Shown here piece after piece: positions 31,270 through 40,615 of a stretch of 64,000 bases of DNA; the first letter of the stretch is position 1, and each line of letters starts with the position of its first letter. The translations under genes and the position numbers were made by a program. The DNA is from Comamonas sp. (GTDB lineage: Bacteria > Pseudomonadota > Gammaproteobacteria > Burkholderiales > Burkholderiaceae_C), in NCBI RefSeq assembly GCF_036643215.1, contig NZ_JAVXSJ010000001.1, forward strand, positions 219,531-283,530. The letters run 5' to 3'. The notes below the pieces were generated by a model. That model was not told the origin of the DNA. It made no database searches and saw nothing but the letters and a program-made list of their open reading frames with translations.

Positions 31270-31929
31270 ATGCTGCCATTCATGCAAGCAAACGTGGATG
31301 AAGTTTCGGTACCCAAACGCAAGCGCGGCAGACCTGCCAAGTCGGTAGGTGAGCGCAATGAAAGTGCGCGCCGCATGGAGCTGGTGTGTGTGGCTGCCAA
31401 GCAGTTTCGGCAGCGCGGTTTTCATGGCACCAGTACCCGCGACATCGCAGCGGCAGCAGGCATTCAGGCGGGTTCTTTGTTCTATTTTTTTGAGAGCAAA
31501 GAAGCCATGCTGCACGCGGTGATGCGCGATGGAATGGCTCAGGCTGCAGTGGCTCAGGCGGCTGCGCTGGAGGCGCTTAGTTCGCGTGCCAGTGGTGTGA
31601 CGCGGCTTGAGGCGTTGATACGCAATCACCTGCAAATCATGGTAGGGCCTGGAAGCGATTTCATCCCCGTCATGCTTTACGAATGGCGACTTCTCAGCAA
31701 TGAGCAACGCCTTGATGTTGCAGAGCAAAAAGATGCCTATGAGGCGCAGTGGATGCCCGTGCTGCAGGCCCTCTACCGCACTAGAAAGCTCAAGGCCAGA
31801 CCCGAGATTGCGCGCCTTTTGATCTTTGGCGCGCTGAACTGGACGGCGCAATGGTATTCGGATAGCGGCAGCCTCAGTCTTGATGAGTTGACCGATCAAT
31901 CTCTGGCTTTATTCATTGGGGCGCGTTGA
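31270..31929 (+). CDS. TetR-family regulator (AtuR-like)
   Basis: AAKQFRQRGFHGTSTRDIAAAAGIQAGSLFYFFESKE HTH. Start uncertain (31270 or 31282); the ORF-track TTG at 31246 lies inside the operator. Confidence 0.88.
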   Translation: MLPFMQANVDEVSVPKRKRGRPAKSVGERNESARRMELVCVAAKQFRQRGFHGTSTRDIAAAAGIQAGSLFYFFESKEAMLHAVMRDGMAQAAVAQAAALEALSSRASGVTRLEALIRNHLQIMVGPGSDFIPVMLYEWRLLSNEQRLDVAEQKDAYEAQWMPVLQALYRTRKLKARPEIARLLIFGALNWTAQWYSDSGSLSLDELTDQSLALFIGAR

Positions 31930-32819
31930 TGTACCAATCCGTTTTCCGTCCCGCATTGATGGCGGGACAGGTGGTAGTGGTGACCGGTGGCGGTTCAGGC
32001 ATAGGCCGCTGCGTGGCCCATGAGCTGGCAGGGTTGGGTGCCACGGTGGCACTGGTTGGCCGTAACCCCGAAAAACTGAGCGTTGTGCAGCAAGAGCTGG
32101 GGCAGGAGGGCGTGGATGCCGCACGCGTCAGCTGCCACAGCGGGGATATTCGGGATGAGGCAGGCGTCAAGGCTCTGGTGGCCCAGATTCTTGGGCAGCA
32201 TGGCCGAATTGATGCACTGGTCAATAACGCGGGTGGTCAGTACATTGCCCCGCTGGCCACGATTAGTGCCAAGGGCTGGCAGGCGGTGCTGGACACCAAC
32301 CTCACTGGCGGCTTTCTGATGGCGCGTGAATGCTTTGTGCAGCACATGGCCAAGCATGGTGGCTCCATCGTCAACATGGTGGCCGATATGTGGGGTTCCA
32401 TGCCCGGCATGGGCCACAGCGGCGCAGCGCGTGCAGGCATGGTCAGCTTGACCGAAACGGCTGCGGTGGAATGGGCACCGCACGGCGTTCGTGTCAATGC
32501 CATTGCGCCTGGCTATATCGCCTCAAGTGGCATGGATCAATACCCGCCAGAGGCCGCAGCCATGTTGCGCAAGATGCCTGCCACCGTGCCTGCCGGCCGC
32601 TTTGGTAATGAAGCAGAAGTCTCGGCCAGCATTGTTTTTTTGCTCAGCCCTGCTGCCAGCTTCATCAGCGGTACGGTGCTGCGGGTCGATGGTGCGCGCC
32701 CGCAGGTGCGCATGGGCATGGGGCCGGTAGCGGCCAGTGCTGAAGTGCAGCAACGCGCCGCCGTGCGTGCCTTTGATGGCTTTGCGCTCTACCAGACACC
32801 GAAGGTGTTTCAGTCATGA
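31929..32819 (+). CDS. SDR oxidoreductase, AtuB-like (citronellol/citronellal dehydrogenase-like)
   Basis: TGGGSGIG, NNAGGQ, HSGAARAG; sits directly before the carboxyltransferase, as atuB does. Confidence 0.75.
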   Translation: MYQSVFRPALMAGQVVVVTGGGSGIGRCVAHELAGLGATVALVGRNPEKLSVVQQELGQEGVDAARVSCHSGDIRDEAGVKALVAQILGQHGRIDALVNNAGGQYIAPLATISAKGWQAVLDTNLTGGFLMARECFVQHMAKHGGSIVNMVADMWGSMPGMGHSGAARAGMVSLTETAAVEWAPHGVRVNAIAPGYIASSGMDQYPPEAAAMLRKMPATVPAGRFGNEAEVSASIVFLLSPAASFISGTVLRVDGARPQVRMGMGPVAASAEVQQRAAVRAFDGFALYQTPKVFQS

Positions 32820-34459
32820 ATGTCTATGAATCGCAATGGAATGCCGGTAGTGAGCAGGCCGGGCAGCGCAGCGCAGCCACGCTGAAACGCATTGAGGCGC
32901 TACGCGAGCTGGAGCAGCGTGCGGCACAGGCATCGCAGCGCGCCAAACCCCAGTTTGAAAAGCGTGGCCAGTTGCTGCCGCGTGAGCGTGTGGCACTGCT
33001 GCTTGATAGCGGATCGCCTTGGTTGCCGCTGTGCACGCTGGCTGGCTTTATGCAAGACCGCGATGACCCGGCCAAGTCGGTACCGGGAGGCGGCATGCTG
33101 GCCGGGATTGGTTTTGTCAGTGGCGTGCGCTGCATGGTGGTGGCTAGTGATTCGGGCATTGAAGCCGGCGCAATTCAAGAAAAAGGGCTGGACAAGATGC
33201 TGCGCGTGCAAGAGATCGCGCTGCAGAACAAGCTGCCCTTCATCCATCTGGTGGAAAGCGCTGGCGCAAACCTGATGCGTTACCGCGTTGAAGGCTTTGT
33301 GATGGGCGGCGCGCTGTTTCGCAACCTAGCGCGGCTGTCTGCTGCTGGTCTTCCCGTCATCACGGTGCAGCATGGATCGGGCACGGCAGGCGGCGCGTAT
33401 ATGCCCGGGCTATCGGATGTGGTCATCATGGTGCGCGGCCGGTCACGGGCCTTTCTGGCGGGCCCGCCCTTGCTCAAGGCTGCAACGGGTGAGATTGCGA
33501 CTGAAGAAGAACTGGGCGGGGCCGAGATGCACACCGCTATCTCCGGTTTAGGTGAATATCTGGCTGAGGACGACCGCCACGCCTTGGGTCTGGCGCGTGA
33601 TGTAGTGGCACAGCTTTCACAATGGAAACAGCCGACTGCGCAATATGGAAAAGCGCCAGCAGCTATCAAACCGGGAGTGTCTGAGCCGCGTTATGACTCA
33701 CAAGAGTTACTAGGCCTGATGCCATCCCACCATCGCGAGCCGGTGGATATGCGTGAAGTCATGGCGCGACTGGTGGATGGGTCTGCATTGCTGCAATTCA
33801 AGTCCAGCTATGGCGCGGCCACGCTTTGTGCGCAGGCGCATATCGACGGCCATGCCGTGGGCCTGATATCGAACAACGGCCCCATTGATGTAGCTGGTGC
33901 CAATAAGGCGGCGCACTTCATTCAGTGGATGTGCCAACTGGGCCACCCCATCATCTATCTGCAAAACACCACGGGCTATATGGTGGGCAAGGACAGTGAG
34001 CAGGCCGGAATGATCAAGCACGGCAGCAAGATGATTCAGGCCGTGACCAATGCCACCGTGCCGCAGATCACCATCCAGTGCGGTGCCAGCTTTGGCGCGG
34101 GCAACTACGGCATGTGTGGCCGTGGCTATGCGCCGCGTTTTCTGTTCAGCTGGCCCGGCGCCAAGACGGCGGTGATGGGCGGCGAGCAGGCCGCCAGCAC
34201 CATGCGCCAGGTGACTGAGGCGGCCATGGCCCGCAAAGGCCTGCCGGTGGATGACGAGCAGATGCAAAAACAGTACGACCAGATCGTCGCCATGTTTGAA
34301 GCACAGGCCGATGTGCTCTACACCAGCGGCTTGCTGCTGGATGACGGTGTGATTGACCCGCGCGACACGCGCCAGGTGCTGTCGTTCTGCCTGGCTACCT
34401 TGCAAGAAGCGCAGCAGCGCACGGTGCGCCCCATGCAGTTTGGGGTGGCGCGCATGTAG
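32816..34459 (+). CDS. atuC: Geranyl-CoA carboxylase-like carboxyltransferase subunit
   Basis: LLPRERVALLLD, GSGTAGGAYMP, ELGGAEMH, GAGNYGMCGR, DDGVIDPRDTR; atuB-C-D-E-F gene order. Confidence 0.72.
   Translation: MNVYESQWNAGSEQAGQRSAATLKRIEALRELEQRAAQASQRAKPQFEKRGQLLPRERVALLLDSGSPWLPLCTLAGFMQDRDDPAKSVPGGGMLAGIGFVSGVRCMVVASDSGIEAGAIQEKGLDKMLRVQEIALQNKLPFIHLVESAGANLMRYRVEGFVMGGALFRNLARLSAAGLPVITVQHGSGTAGGAYMPGLSDVVIMVRGRSRAFLAGPPLLKAATGEIATEEELGGAEMHTAISGLGEYLAEDDRHALGLARDVVAQLSQWKQPTAQYGKAPAAIKPGVSEPRYDSQELLGLMPSHHREPVDMREVMARLVDGSALLQFKSSYGAATLCAQAHIDGHAVGLISNNGPIDVAGANKAAHFIQWMCQLGHPIIYLQNTTGYMVGKDSEQAGMIKHGSKMIQAVTNATVPQITIQCGASFGAGNYGMCGRGYAPRFLFSWPGAKTAVMGGEQAASTMRQVTEAAMARKGLPVDDEQMQKQYDQIVAMFEAQADVLYTSGLLLDDGVIDPRDTRQVLSFCLATLQEAQQRTVRPMQFGVARM
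33621..33678 (+). repeat. REP-like palindrome copy, in frame inside atuC
   Basis: aaacagccgactgcgcaatatggaaaagcgccagcagctatcaaaccgggag. Confidence 0.72.
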
Positions 34460-34512
34460 CGGAGCACCCGCCTTTCACCTTTCCCCTTCAGAGATATCAA
34501 CGGAGACAAGTC

Positions 34513-35691
34513 ATGCAGTGGACCCATGAGCATCTGGAAGTGCGCAAGACCCTGAAGCGCTATATCGACGAGCAGATTAATCCTCATGTCGATGAGTGGG
34601 AGGAGGCGGAAATCTTTCCCGCCCACAAGGTGTTCAAGGGGCTGGGTGATCTGGGGCTGCTGGGGCTGACCAAGCCCGAGGCCTATGGCGGCGCGGGTCT
34701 GGACTATTCGTACAACCTGCTGATGGCGGAGACGCTGGGCAGCATTCGCTGCGGCGGTGTGCCCATGGCCATTGGGGTGCAGACCGATATGTGCACGCCC
34801 GCGCTGGCGCGCTTTGGCAGCGATGCACTGCGGGAGCAATTTCTGGCACCAGCCATTGCGGGCGACATGGTGGGCTGCATTGGTGTGAGCGAACCAGGTG
34901 CGGGCAGCGATGTATCGGGCATCAAAAGCCATGCGCGCAAAGATGGCGACGATTACGTCATCACGGGCCAGAAAATGTGGATCACCAACAGCATTCAGGC
35001 GGACTGGATGTGCATGCTGGTCAACACCAGCGATGGGCCGGTGCACAAGAACAAGAGCCTCATCATGGTGCCCATGCGTGACGGGCCGAATGGCAAGTTG
35101 ACCAAGGGCATCGAAGTGGCCAAGAAGCTGCGCAAGATCGGCATGAACAGTTCTGACACGGGCCTGATTTATTTTGATGAAGTGCGCGTGCCCCAGAGCT
35201 ATCTGATTGGGCAGGAAGGGCAAGGCTTTATCTACCAGATGCAGCAGTTCCAGGAGGAGCGGCTGTGGTGCGCGGCCAGCGGGCTGGTGGCCATGGATGA
35301 GTGCATTCAAGAGACCATCGAATGGGCGCAGCAGCGGCGCATGTTTGGCAGCACGCTTATAGATCAGCAGTGGGTGCAGTTCAAACTGGCCGAGTTGCAG
35401 ACCGAGGTGGAAGCGCTGCGCGCACTGACCTATCGCGCCGCTGACCTGTACATGGGCGGGCAGGATGCGCTGCAACTGGCCAGCATGGCCAAGCTCAAGA
35501 CGGGGCGGCTGACGCGTGAGGTGGCGGACACCTGCCTGCAGTTCTGGGGCGGCATGGGCTTTACCTGGGAGAACCGCGTCTCGCGCCTGTATCGCGATGG
35601 GCGTCTGGGCTCCATCGGCGGCGGTGCTGATGAAGTGATGCTGGGCATCATCGGTAAGACCATGGGAATGATCAAGCGCCCTGCGCAGTGA
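34513..35691 (+). CDS. atuD: Citronellyl-CoA dehydrogenase-like acyl-CoA dehydrogenase
   Basis: IGVSEPGAGSD, LQFWGGMG, SIGGGADEVM; gene order. Confidence 0.72.
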   Translation: MQWTHEHLEVRKTLKRYIDEQINPHVDEWEEAEIFPAHKVFKGLGDLGLLGLTKPEAYGGAGLDYSYNLLMAETLGSIRCGGVPMAIGVQTDMCTPALARFGSDALREQFLAPAIAGDMVGCIGVSEPGAGSDVSGIKSHARKDGDDYVITGQKMWITNSIQADWMCMLVNTSDGPVHKNKSLIMVPMRDGPNGKLTKGIEVAKKLRKIGMNSSDTGLIYFDEVRVPQSYLIGQEGQGFIYQMQQFQEERLWCAASGLVAMDECIQETIEWAQQRRMFGSTLIDQQWVQFKLAELQTEVEALRALTYRAADLYMGGQDALQLASMAKLKTGRLTREVADTCLQFWGGMGFTWENRVSRLYRDGRLGSIGGGADEVMLGIIGKTMGMIKRPAQ

Positions 35692-35702
35692 GGGAGCTGG
35701 GC

Positions 35703-36545
35703 ATGACTCAGGTGCTTGAAGTAGAACGCCAGCCGCTGGGCAATGGCTTTGTAGAGTGGTGGCGACTGAACTCACCGCAGACCCGAAATGCGCTGACGGA
35801 TGAGGTGGTGCAGGCCTTGCTGCAACACTGCCGACGCGCGGCTCAAGATGCACAGTTGCGCGTGGTGGTGCTGAGCGGCAATGGCGGACATTTCTGTGCC
35901 GGTGGCAGTCTGGGTGGTTTTGCCAGCAGCATTGGCAAACCGCTGGAAGGCGCGGATGCATTTGACCCACTGGTCAACGTTAATCGCGAATATGGCTGTT
36001 TGTTGCAGCAACTGGCGGGCTTGCCGCAGTTGCTGATCGCTGCTGTGCAGGGCGCTGCCATGGGCGGCGGTGTGGGGCTGGTCTGCGTGGCAGATGTAGT
36101 GGTGGCTGACGAGGCAGCTGTGTTTGGCACGCCAGAGGTCACGCTGGGCATCATTCCCGCACAGATTGCCCCTTTTGTGCTGCGCAGATTGGGTGAGGCG
36201 CGCGCGCGGCAGTGGCTGCTGTGCGGTCAGCGCTGGTCTGCAGCTAAGGCACATGAGGCAGGGTTGGTGCAAATCCTGGTCAATGTCAGTGATGAGGAAG
36301 GTTGGCAAAGCCAGTTGCAGCGCCAGATTGATCTCTGTGCGCAGGCCGCACCGGCTGCCGTGGCAGCCACCAAAAAACTGCTGGCAGCCATTCCCGCGCA
36401 GAGTCTGGATGCATCGCTGAATCAAGGAGCGCAGGCCTTTGCCAGTGCGCTGCGCGGTGCAGAGGCGGGCGCAGGGCTCAAGGCTTTTTCTCACAAGCAG
36501 CCTGCGCCCTGGGCCGTTTCACCGAATCAGGAGAGCATTGCATGA
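35703..36545 (+). CDS. atuE: Isohexenylglutaconyl-CoA hydratase-like crotonase
   Basis: FCAGG, GAAMGGG, PEVTLGIIPAQIAPFV; gene order. Confidence 0.7.
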   Translation: MTQVLEVERQPLGNGFVEWWRLNSPQTRNALTDEVVQALLQHCRRAAQDAQLRVVVLSGNGGHFCAGGSLGGFASSIGKPLEGADAFDPLVNVNREYGCLLQQLAGLPQLLIAAVQGAAMGGGVGLVCVADVVVADEAAVFGTPEVTLGIIPAQIAPFVLRRLGEARARQWLLCGQRWSAAKAHEAGLVQILVNVSDEEGWQSQLQRQIDLCAQAAPAAVAATKKLLAAIPAQSLDASLNQGAQAFASALRGAEAGAGLKAFSHKQPAPWAVSPNQESIA

Positions 36546-38518
36546 AGCGCATTCTGATTGCCAATCGCGGCGAGATTGCGCTGCGTGTCATGGCCACGGC
36601 CCAGCGCATGGGCATAGAAACGGTCGCGGTTTATTCCGATGCGGATGCAGGCAGCGCCCATGTGCAGCAGGCCACGCAGGCTTATGCGCTGGGCGGTTTG
36701 ACATCAGCGCAAAGCTATCTGGATATTCAAAAGCTGCTGGCCGCAGCGCAGGCCACAGGGGCCGATGCCCTGCACCCCGGTTATGGTTTTTTGAGTGAGG
36801 ACGCTGGCTTTGCGCAGGCCGTACAAGATGCGGGCCTGATCTGGATTGGCCCGCCACCCGAGGCGATTCGTCAGCTGGGCAGCAAGGCCGCGGCCAAGCA
36901 ACTGGCCAAGGCACATGGCGTGCCCTGCTTGCCCGGGTATGAAGGTGATAACCAGTCTGATGCCCGATTTGCCGCAGAGTCCGAGAGGGTTGGCTACCCC
37001 GTCATGGTCAAGGCCGTGGCCGGTGGTGGCGGGCGCGGTATGCGGCTGGTGGAGAGGGCCGATCAGCTGGTGGCCGCTCTGGCCAGTGCCAGATCTGAAG
37101 CACTGGCGGGCTTTGGTAATGGTGCCTTGCTGGTCGAGCGAGCGGTGAAGAACCCGCGTCATGTTGAGCTGCAGGTTTTTGCTGATGCGCATGGCCATGT
37201 GATTCATCTGGGGGAGCGGGACTGCTCGGTGCAGCGCCGTCATCAAAAAATCATTGAAGAAGCACCCAGCCCCGCAGTCAACGCAGAACTGCGTGCGCGC
37301 ATGGGCCAATGCGCCACGGCGTTGGCCGCTGCAGCCGGTTATGTGGGGGCAGGTACGGTGGAGTTTCTGGTCGAAGGCCAGCAGTTCTATCTGATGGAGA
37401 TGAACACCCGTCTGCAGGTCGAGCACCCGGTAACTGAGGCGCTGACCGGGCTTGACCTGGTGGAGTGGCAGATTCGTGTGGCGTGCGGCGAGGCCTTGCC
37501 GCTGGCTCAGGAGCAGGTTCGGTTTAGCGGTCATGCCATTGAAGTGAGGCTGTGCGCGGAGGACGAAAGCTTTCAGCCCCATACCGGCGTTGTGCGCTTT
37601 TTCTCTGCGCCGCAAGCAAGCGCCTTTACCCGCGCGCCGCTGCGTTTTGACCACGCCGTGCGCAATGGCAGCGAGGTCACACCTTATTACGACGCCATGC
37701 TGGGCAAGCTGATTGTTCATGCCGATACGCGAGAGCAGGCCATCAACCAGCTGATTCATGCGCTGGGTCAGCTCAAGGTTCTGGGTCTGCCGACTAATCG
37801 CGCTTTTTTAATGGAATGTCTGAATGACTCGGTGTTCAGGCAAGGGCAGGCGCTGATCTCCTATCTGGCTGGTGATGCGCCGCGTTTGCAGCAGCAGTTG
37901 CGCCAGCGTGAAGCACAGGCGCATCAGCAATGGAGCGCGCTATGCGCTGTGGGCCAGATGCCCGGGCCGCTGGCCTGCAGCTACCCGCAGCTGCGCAAAT
38001 TGCGTCATCGTGGCGATACACAAGAGCTGCAGTTGCAGCCCCAAACTGCGCAAAGCTGGTCGCTGCAGGCGAAAGATGAAGAACCCGTTTTGCTACAGAT
38101 TGATGAGCTTCTACCGCATGGCTGGAAAGCGCGACGGGGTGGTTTGACTCAAACCGTGAACGCGGTGGCGATGGATGCAGAGGACGGTAGCTCCCGCTGG
38201 CATTTGCAGGCCGGTGCGGTGGACTGGTGGGCGCAGGATGTGAGCTACCAGCCGCCCGAGAATGCAGGCGGAGCCGCTCAGGCCGCCGAGCTGAGAGCCC
38301 CGTTCAACGGACGTGTGGTGCTGCTGAATGCTGAGCTGGGGCAGGCGCTGGCGGAAGGTGCGGTTGCCATCGTCATTGAATCCATGAAGCTGGAGCACAG
38401 CCTGAGCGTAAAGGCCGCCTGCGTGGTTGAAGCCGTACTGGTCAGTAGTGGCCAGCAGGTATCGCCGGGGCAGGTTCTGCTGCGACTGGCTCCCATGCCG
38501 GAGGTCAAGCATGACTAA
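36542..38518 (+). CDS. atuF: Geranyl-CoA carboxylase-like biotin carboxylase/biotin-carrier subunit
   Basis: ILIANRGEIA, HPGYGFLSE, ERDCSVQRRHQKIIEE, EMNTRLQVEH, biotinylation site ESMKLE. Confidence 0.75.
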   Translation: MKRILIANRGEIALRVMATAQRMGIETVAVYSDADAGSAHVQQATQAYALGGLTSAQSYLDIQKLLAAAQATGADALHPGYGFLSEDAGFAQAVQDAGLIWIGPPPEAIRQLGSKAAAKQLAKAHGVPCLPGYEGDNQSDARFAAESERVGYPVMVKAVAGGGGRGMRLVERADQLVAALASARSEALAGFGNGALLVERAVKNPRHVELQVFADAHGHVIHLGERDCSVQRRHQKIIEEAPSPAVNAELRARMGQCATALAAAAGYVGAGTVEFLVEGQQFYLMEMNTRLQVEHPVTEALTGLDLVEWQIRVACGEALPLAQEQVRFSGHAIEVRLCAEDESFQPHTGVVRFFSAPQASAFTRAPLRFDHAVRNGSEVTPYYDAMLGKLIVHADTREQAINQLIHALGQLKVLGLPTNRAFLMECLNDSVFRQGQALISYLAGDAPRLQQQLRQREAQAHQQWSALCAVGQMPGPLACSYPQLRKLRHRGDTQELQLQPQTAQSWSLQAKDEEPVLLQIDELLPHGWKARRGGLTQTVNAVAMDAEDGSSRWHLQAGAVDWWAQDVSYQPPENAGGAAQAAELRAPFNGRVVLLNAELGQALAEGAVAIVIESMKLEHSLSVKAACVVEAVLVSSGQQVSPGQVLLRLAPMPEVKHD

Positions 38519-39671
38519 TGCGTTGGATGCCTCTGATATGTCTGAACGCGACATGCTCTACGACATGGTGCGCCGCTTTGCGACTGAGCAAATTGCGCCC
38601 CATGTCACGGCCTGGGATGAAGCGGGCGAGTTTCCGCGCCAGCTGTACCGGCAAGCGGCCGAGCTAGGCTTGCTGGGTATTGGCTACCCGCAGGAGCTGG
38701 GCGGTACGCCTGCCACGCATAGCCTGCGTGCGGCGCTTTGGATAGCGCTATGCCGGTATGGCGGCAGCGGCGGGGTGCTGGCCAGTTTGCTGTCTCACAA
38801 CATCGGCCTGCCACCCGTGGTGCTGCTGGGCAGCGAAGCCTTGAAGCAGCAGGTCGTGCCTGATGTGCTGGCAGGTCGCAAGATCGCGGCGCTGGCCATT
38901 ACCGAGCCCGGTGGCGGATCGGATGTGGCGGCACTGCGCACCAAGGCGCGTCGCGATGGTGATGACTATGTGATTGATGGCGAGAAGACCTTCATCACCT
39001 CGGGTGTGCGGGCGGACTGGCTGACGGTGGCAGTGCGCACGGGTGAGGAAAAAGGAGCCTCAGGTATTTCACTGCTGCTGGTGCCAGGCGGCAGTGCAGG
39101 CCTGTCGCGCAGCCCGCTGCAAAAGATGGGCTGGCAATGCTCAGACACGGCGCATCTGTTCTTTGACGGGGTTCGCGTACCTGCCAGTCATTTGCTGGGC
39201 GCAGAAGGCCAGGGCTTTCGCGCCATCATGCAGAACTTCAATGGTGAGCGGCTGGGGATTGCCTGCGCTGCACTGGGCTTTGCGCAGGCTTGTTACGACG
39301 AAGCACTGGGCTGGGCACAGCAGCGCAAGACCTTTGGCGTCACGCTGAACCAGCATCAGGTCATACGCCACAAGCTGGTGGATATGCAGCAGCGCATTCG
39401 CAGCACCGAGGCCTGGCTCAACACCGTAGCCGTGCGGGCCGATGACGGAGACACCGGCGCTGACTGGGTTGGTGAGGTCTGCGTGCTGAAGAACCACGCC
39501 ACGCAGACCATGCAGTTCTGCGCCGATACCGCCGTGCAGATTCTGGGCGGCATGGGATTTATGCGCGGCACGGTCAGCGAGCGTATTTATCGCGAGGTCA
39601 AGGTGCTGACCATAGGCGGTGGCACTGAGGAAATCATGAAGGAACTGGCTGCAAGTCAGTGGCGAATTTAA
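38511..39671 (+). CDS. Acyl-CoA dehydrogenase
   Basis: AITEPGGGSD, GEKTFITSG, QILGGMG, IGGGTEEIM. Start refined to MTNALD. Confidence 0.9.
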   Translation: MTNALDASDMSERDMLYDMVRRFATEQIAPHVTAWDEAGEFPRQLYRQAAELGLLGIGYPQELGGTPATHSLRAALWIALCRYGGSGGVLASLLSHNIGLPPVVLLGSEALKQQVVPDVLAGRKIAALAITEPGGGSDVAALRTKARRDGDDYVIDGEKTFITSGVRADWLTVAVRTGEEKGASGISLLLVPGGSAGLSRSPLQKMGWQCSDTAHLFFDGVRVPASHLLGAEGQGFRAIMQNFNGERLGIACAALGFAQACYDEALGWAQQRKTFGVTLNQHQVIRHKLVDMQQRIRSTEAWLNTVAVRADDGDTGADWVGEVCVLKNHATQTMQFCADTAVQILGGMGFMRGTVSERIYREVKVLTIGGGTEEIMKELAASQWRI

Positions 39672-39729
39672 AGAGAAATTAGCCTGAAGCGCTTATCTAT
39701 CAAGCGCTATCAGCTTCTATTTAAGGAGC
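39671..39729 (+). repeat. REP-like palindrome copy upstream of the BKACE gene
   Basis: agcctgaagcgcttatctatcaagcgctatcagcttctatttaaggagc. Confidence 0.75.
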
Positions 39730-39733
39730 AACA

Positions 39734-40600
39734 ATGTCCGATAAAGCCATCATCACCTGTTCCATCACAGGTGTTCTTACCGATCCTGAGCAGCACCATG
39801 TGCCTGTGACGCCAGAGCAACTGGCGCAAGAAGCACGCCGGGCTTACGACGCCGGAGCATCGGTGGTGCATGTGCACTTTCGCAAGCAGGAAGAGGGCAA
39901 GGGTCACTTGCCGAGCTGGGACCCCGTAGTCGCCAAGGCCTGCGTTGATGCCATGCGCGATGCTTGCCCGGACATCATCATCAACCAGACCACGGGCGTG
40001 GTCGGGCCTGATTACCAAGGTCCGCTGGACTGCCTGCGTGCCACGCGCCCCGAGATGGCGGCTTGCAATGCGGGCTCGCTCAATTACCTGAAAACGCGCA
40101 GCAACGGCAGCTGGGCCTGGCCACCCATGCTGTTCGATAACCAGCCCGCCAAGGTGCAGGATTTTCTGGATGTGATGGCTGAAACGAATACGCTGCCTGA
40201 GTTTGAATGCTTTGACGTGGGCATTGTTCGCTGCGTGGGCATGTATGTGGAAACCGGCATGTACAAAGGCTTGCCCGAGTACAACTTTGTGATGGGCGTG
40301 GAATCCGGCATGCCTGCCGACCCGGATTTGCTGCCCATTTTGCTCAAGCTCAAGATCAAGGATGCGCCCTGGCAGACCACCTTGATTGGCCGCAGTGAAA
40401 TCTGGCCTGCGCATTTGCGTACCGCAGAGCTAGGAGGTCATCTGCGCAGCGGTCTGGAAGACACCTTCTATCTGCCAGACGGGCGCAAGGTCACCTCGAA
40501 TGCGCCGCTGATTGAGCAACTGGCGCGCTATGCCCGGGATGTGGGGCGCGAAGTGGCCACGCCGCAAGAAGCGCGAAAAATACTGCATCTGGCGGCCTGA
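39734..40600 (+). CDS. Beta-keto-acid cleavage enzyme (Kce/DUF849 family)
   Basis: IITCSITG, VPVTPEQ, HVHFR (Zn ligands), PEFECFD, RSGLEDT. Confidence 0.85.
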   Translation: MSDKAIITCSITGVLTDPEQHHVPVTPEQLAQEARRAYDAGASVVHVHFRKQEEGKGHLPSWDPVVAKACVDAMRDACPDIIINQTTGVVGPDYQGPLDCLRATRPEMAACNAGSLNYLKTRSNGSWAWPPMLFDNQPAKVQDFLDVMAETNTLPEFECFDVGIVRCVGMYVETGMYKGLPEYNFVMGVESGMPADPDLLPILLKLKIKDAPWQTTLIGRSEIWPAHLRTAELGGHLRSGLEDTFYLPDGRKVTSNAPLIEQLARYARDVGREVATPQEARKILHLAA

Positions 40601-40615
40601 GTTGAGGAGCTGTAT

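Noticed and set aside
32816-38518. Leucine/isovalerate (liu, methylcrotonyl-CoA carboxylase) operon
   Set aside because: The gene order (SDR-beta-ACAD-crotonase-alpha), the TetR regulator and the absence of an HMG-CoA lyase fit atu rather than liu.
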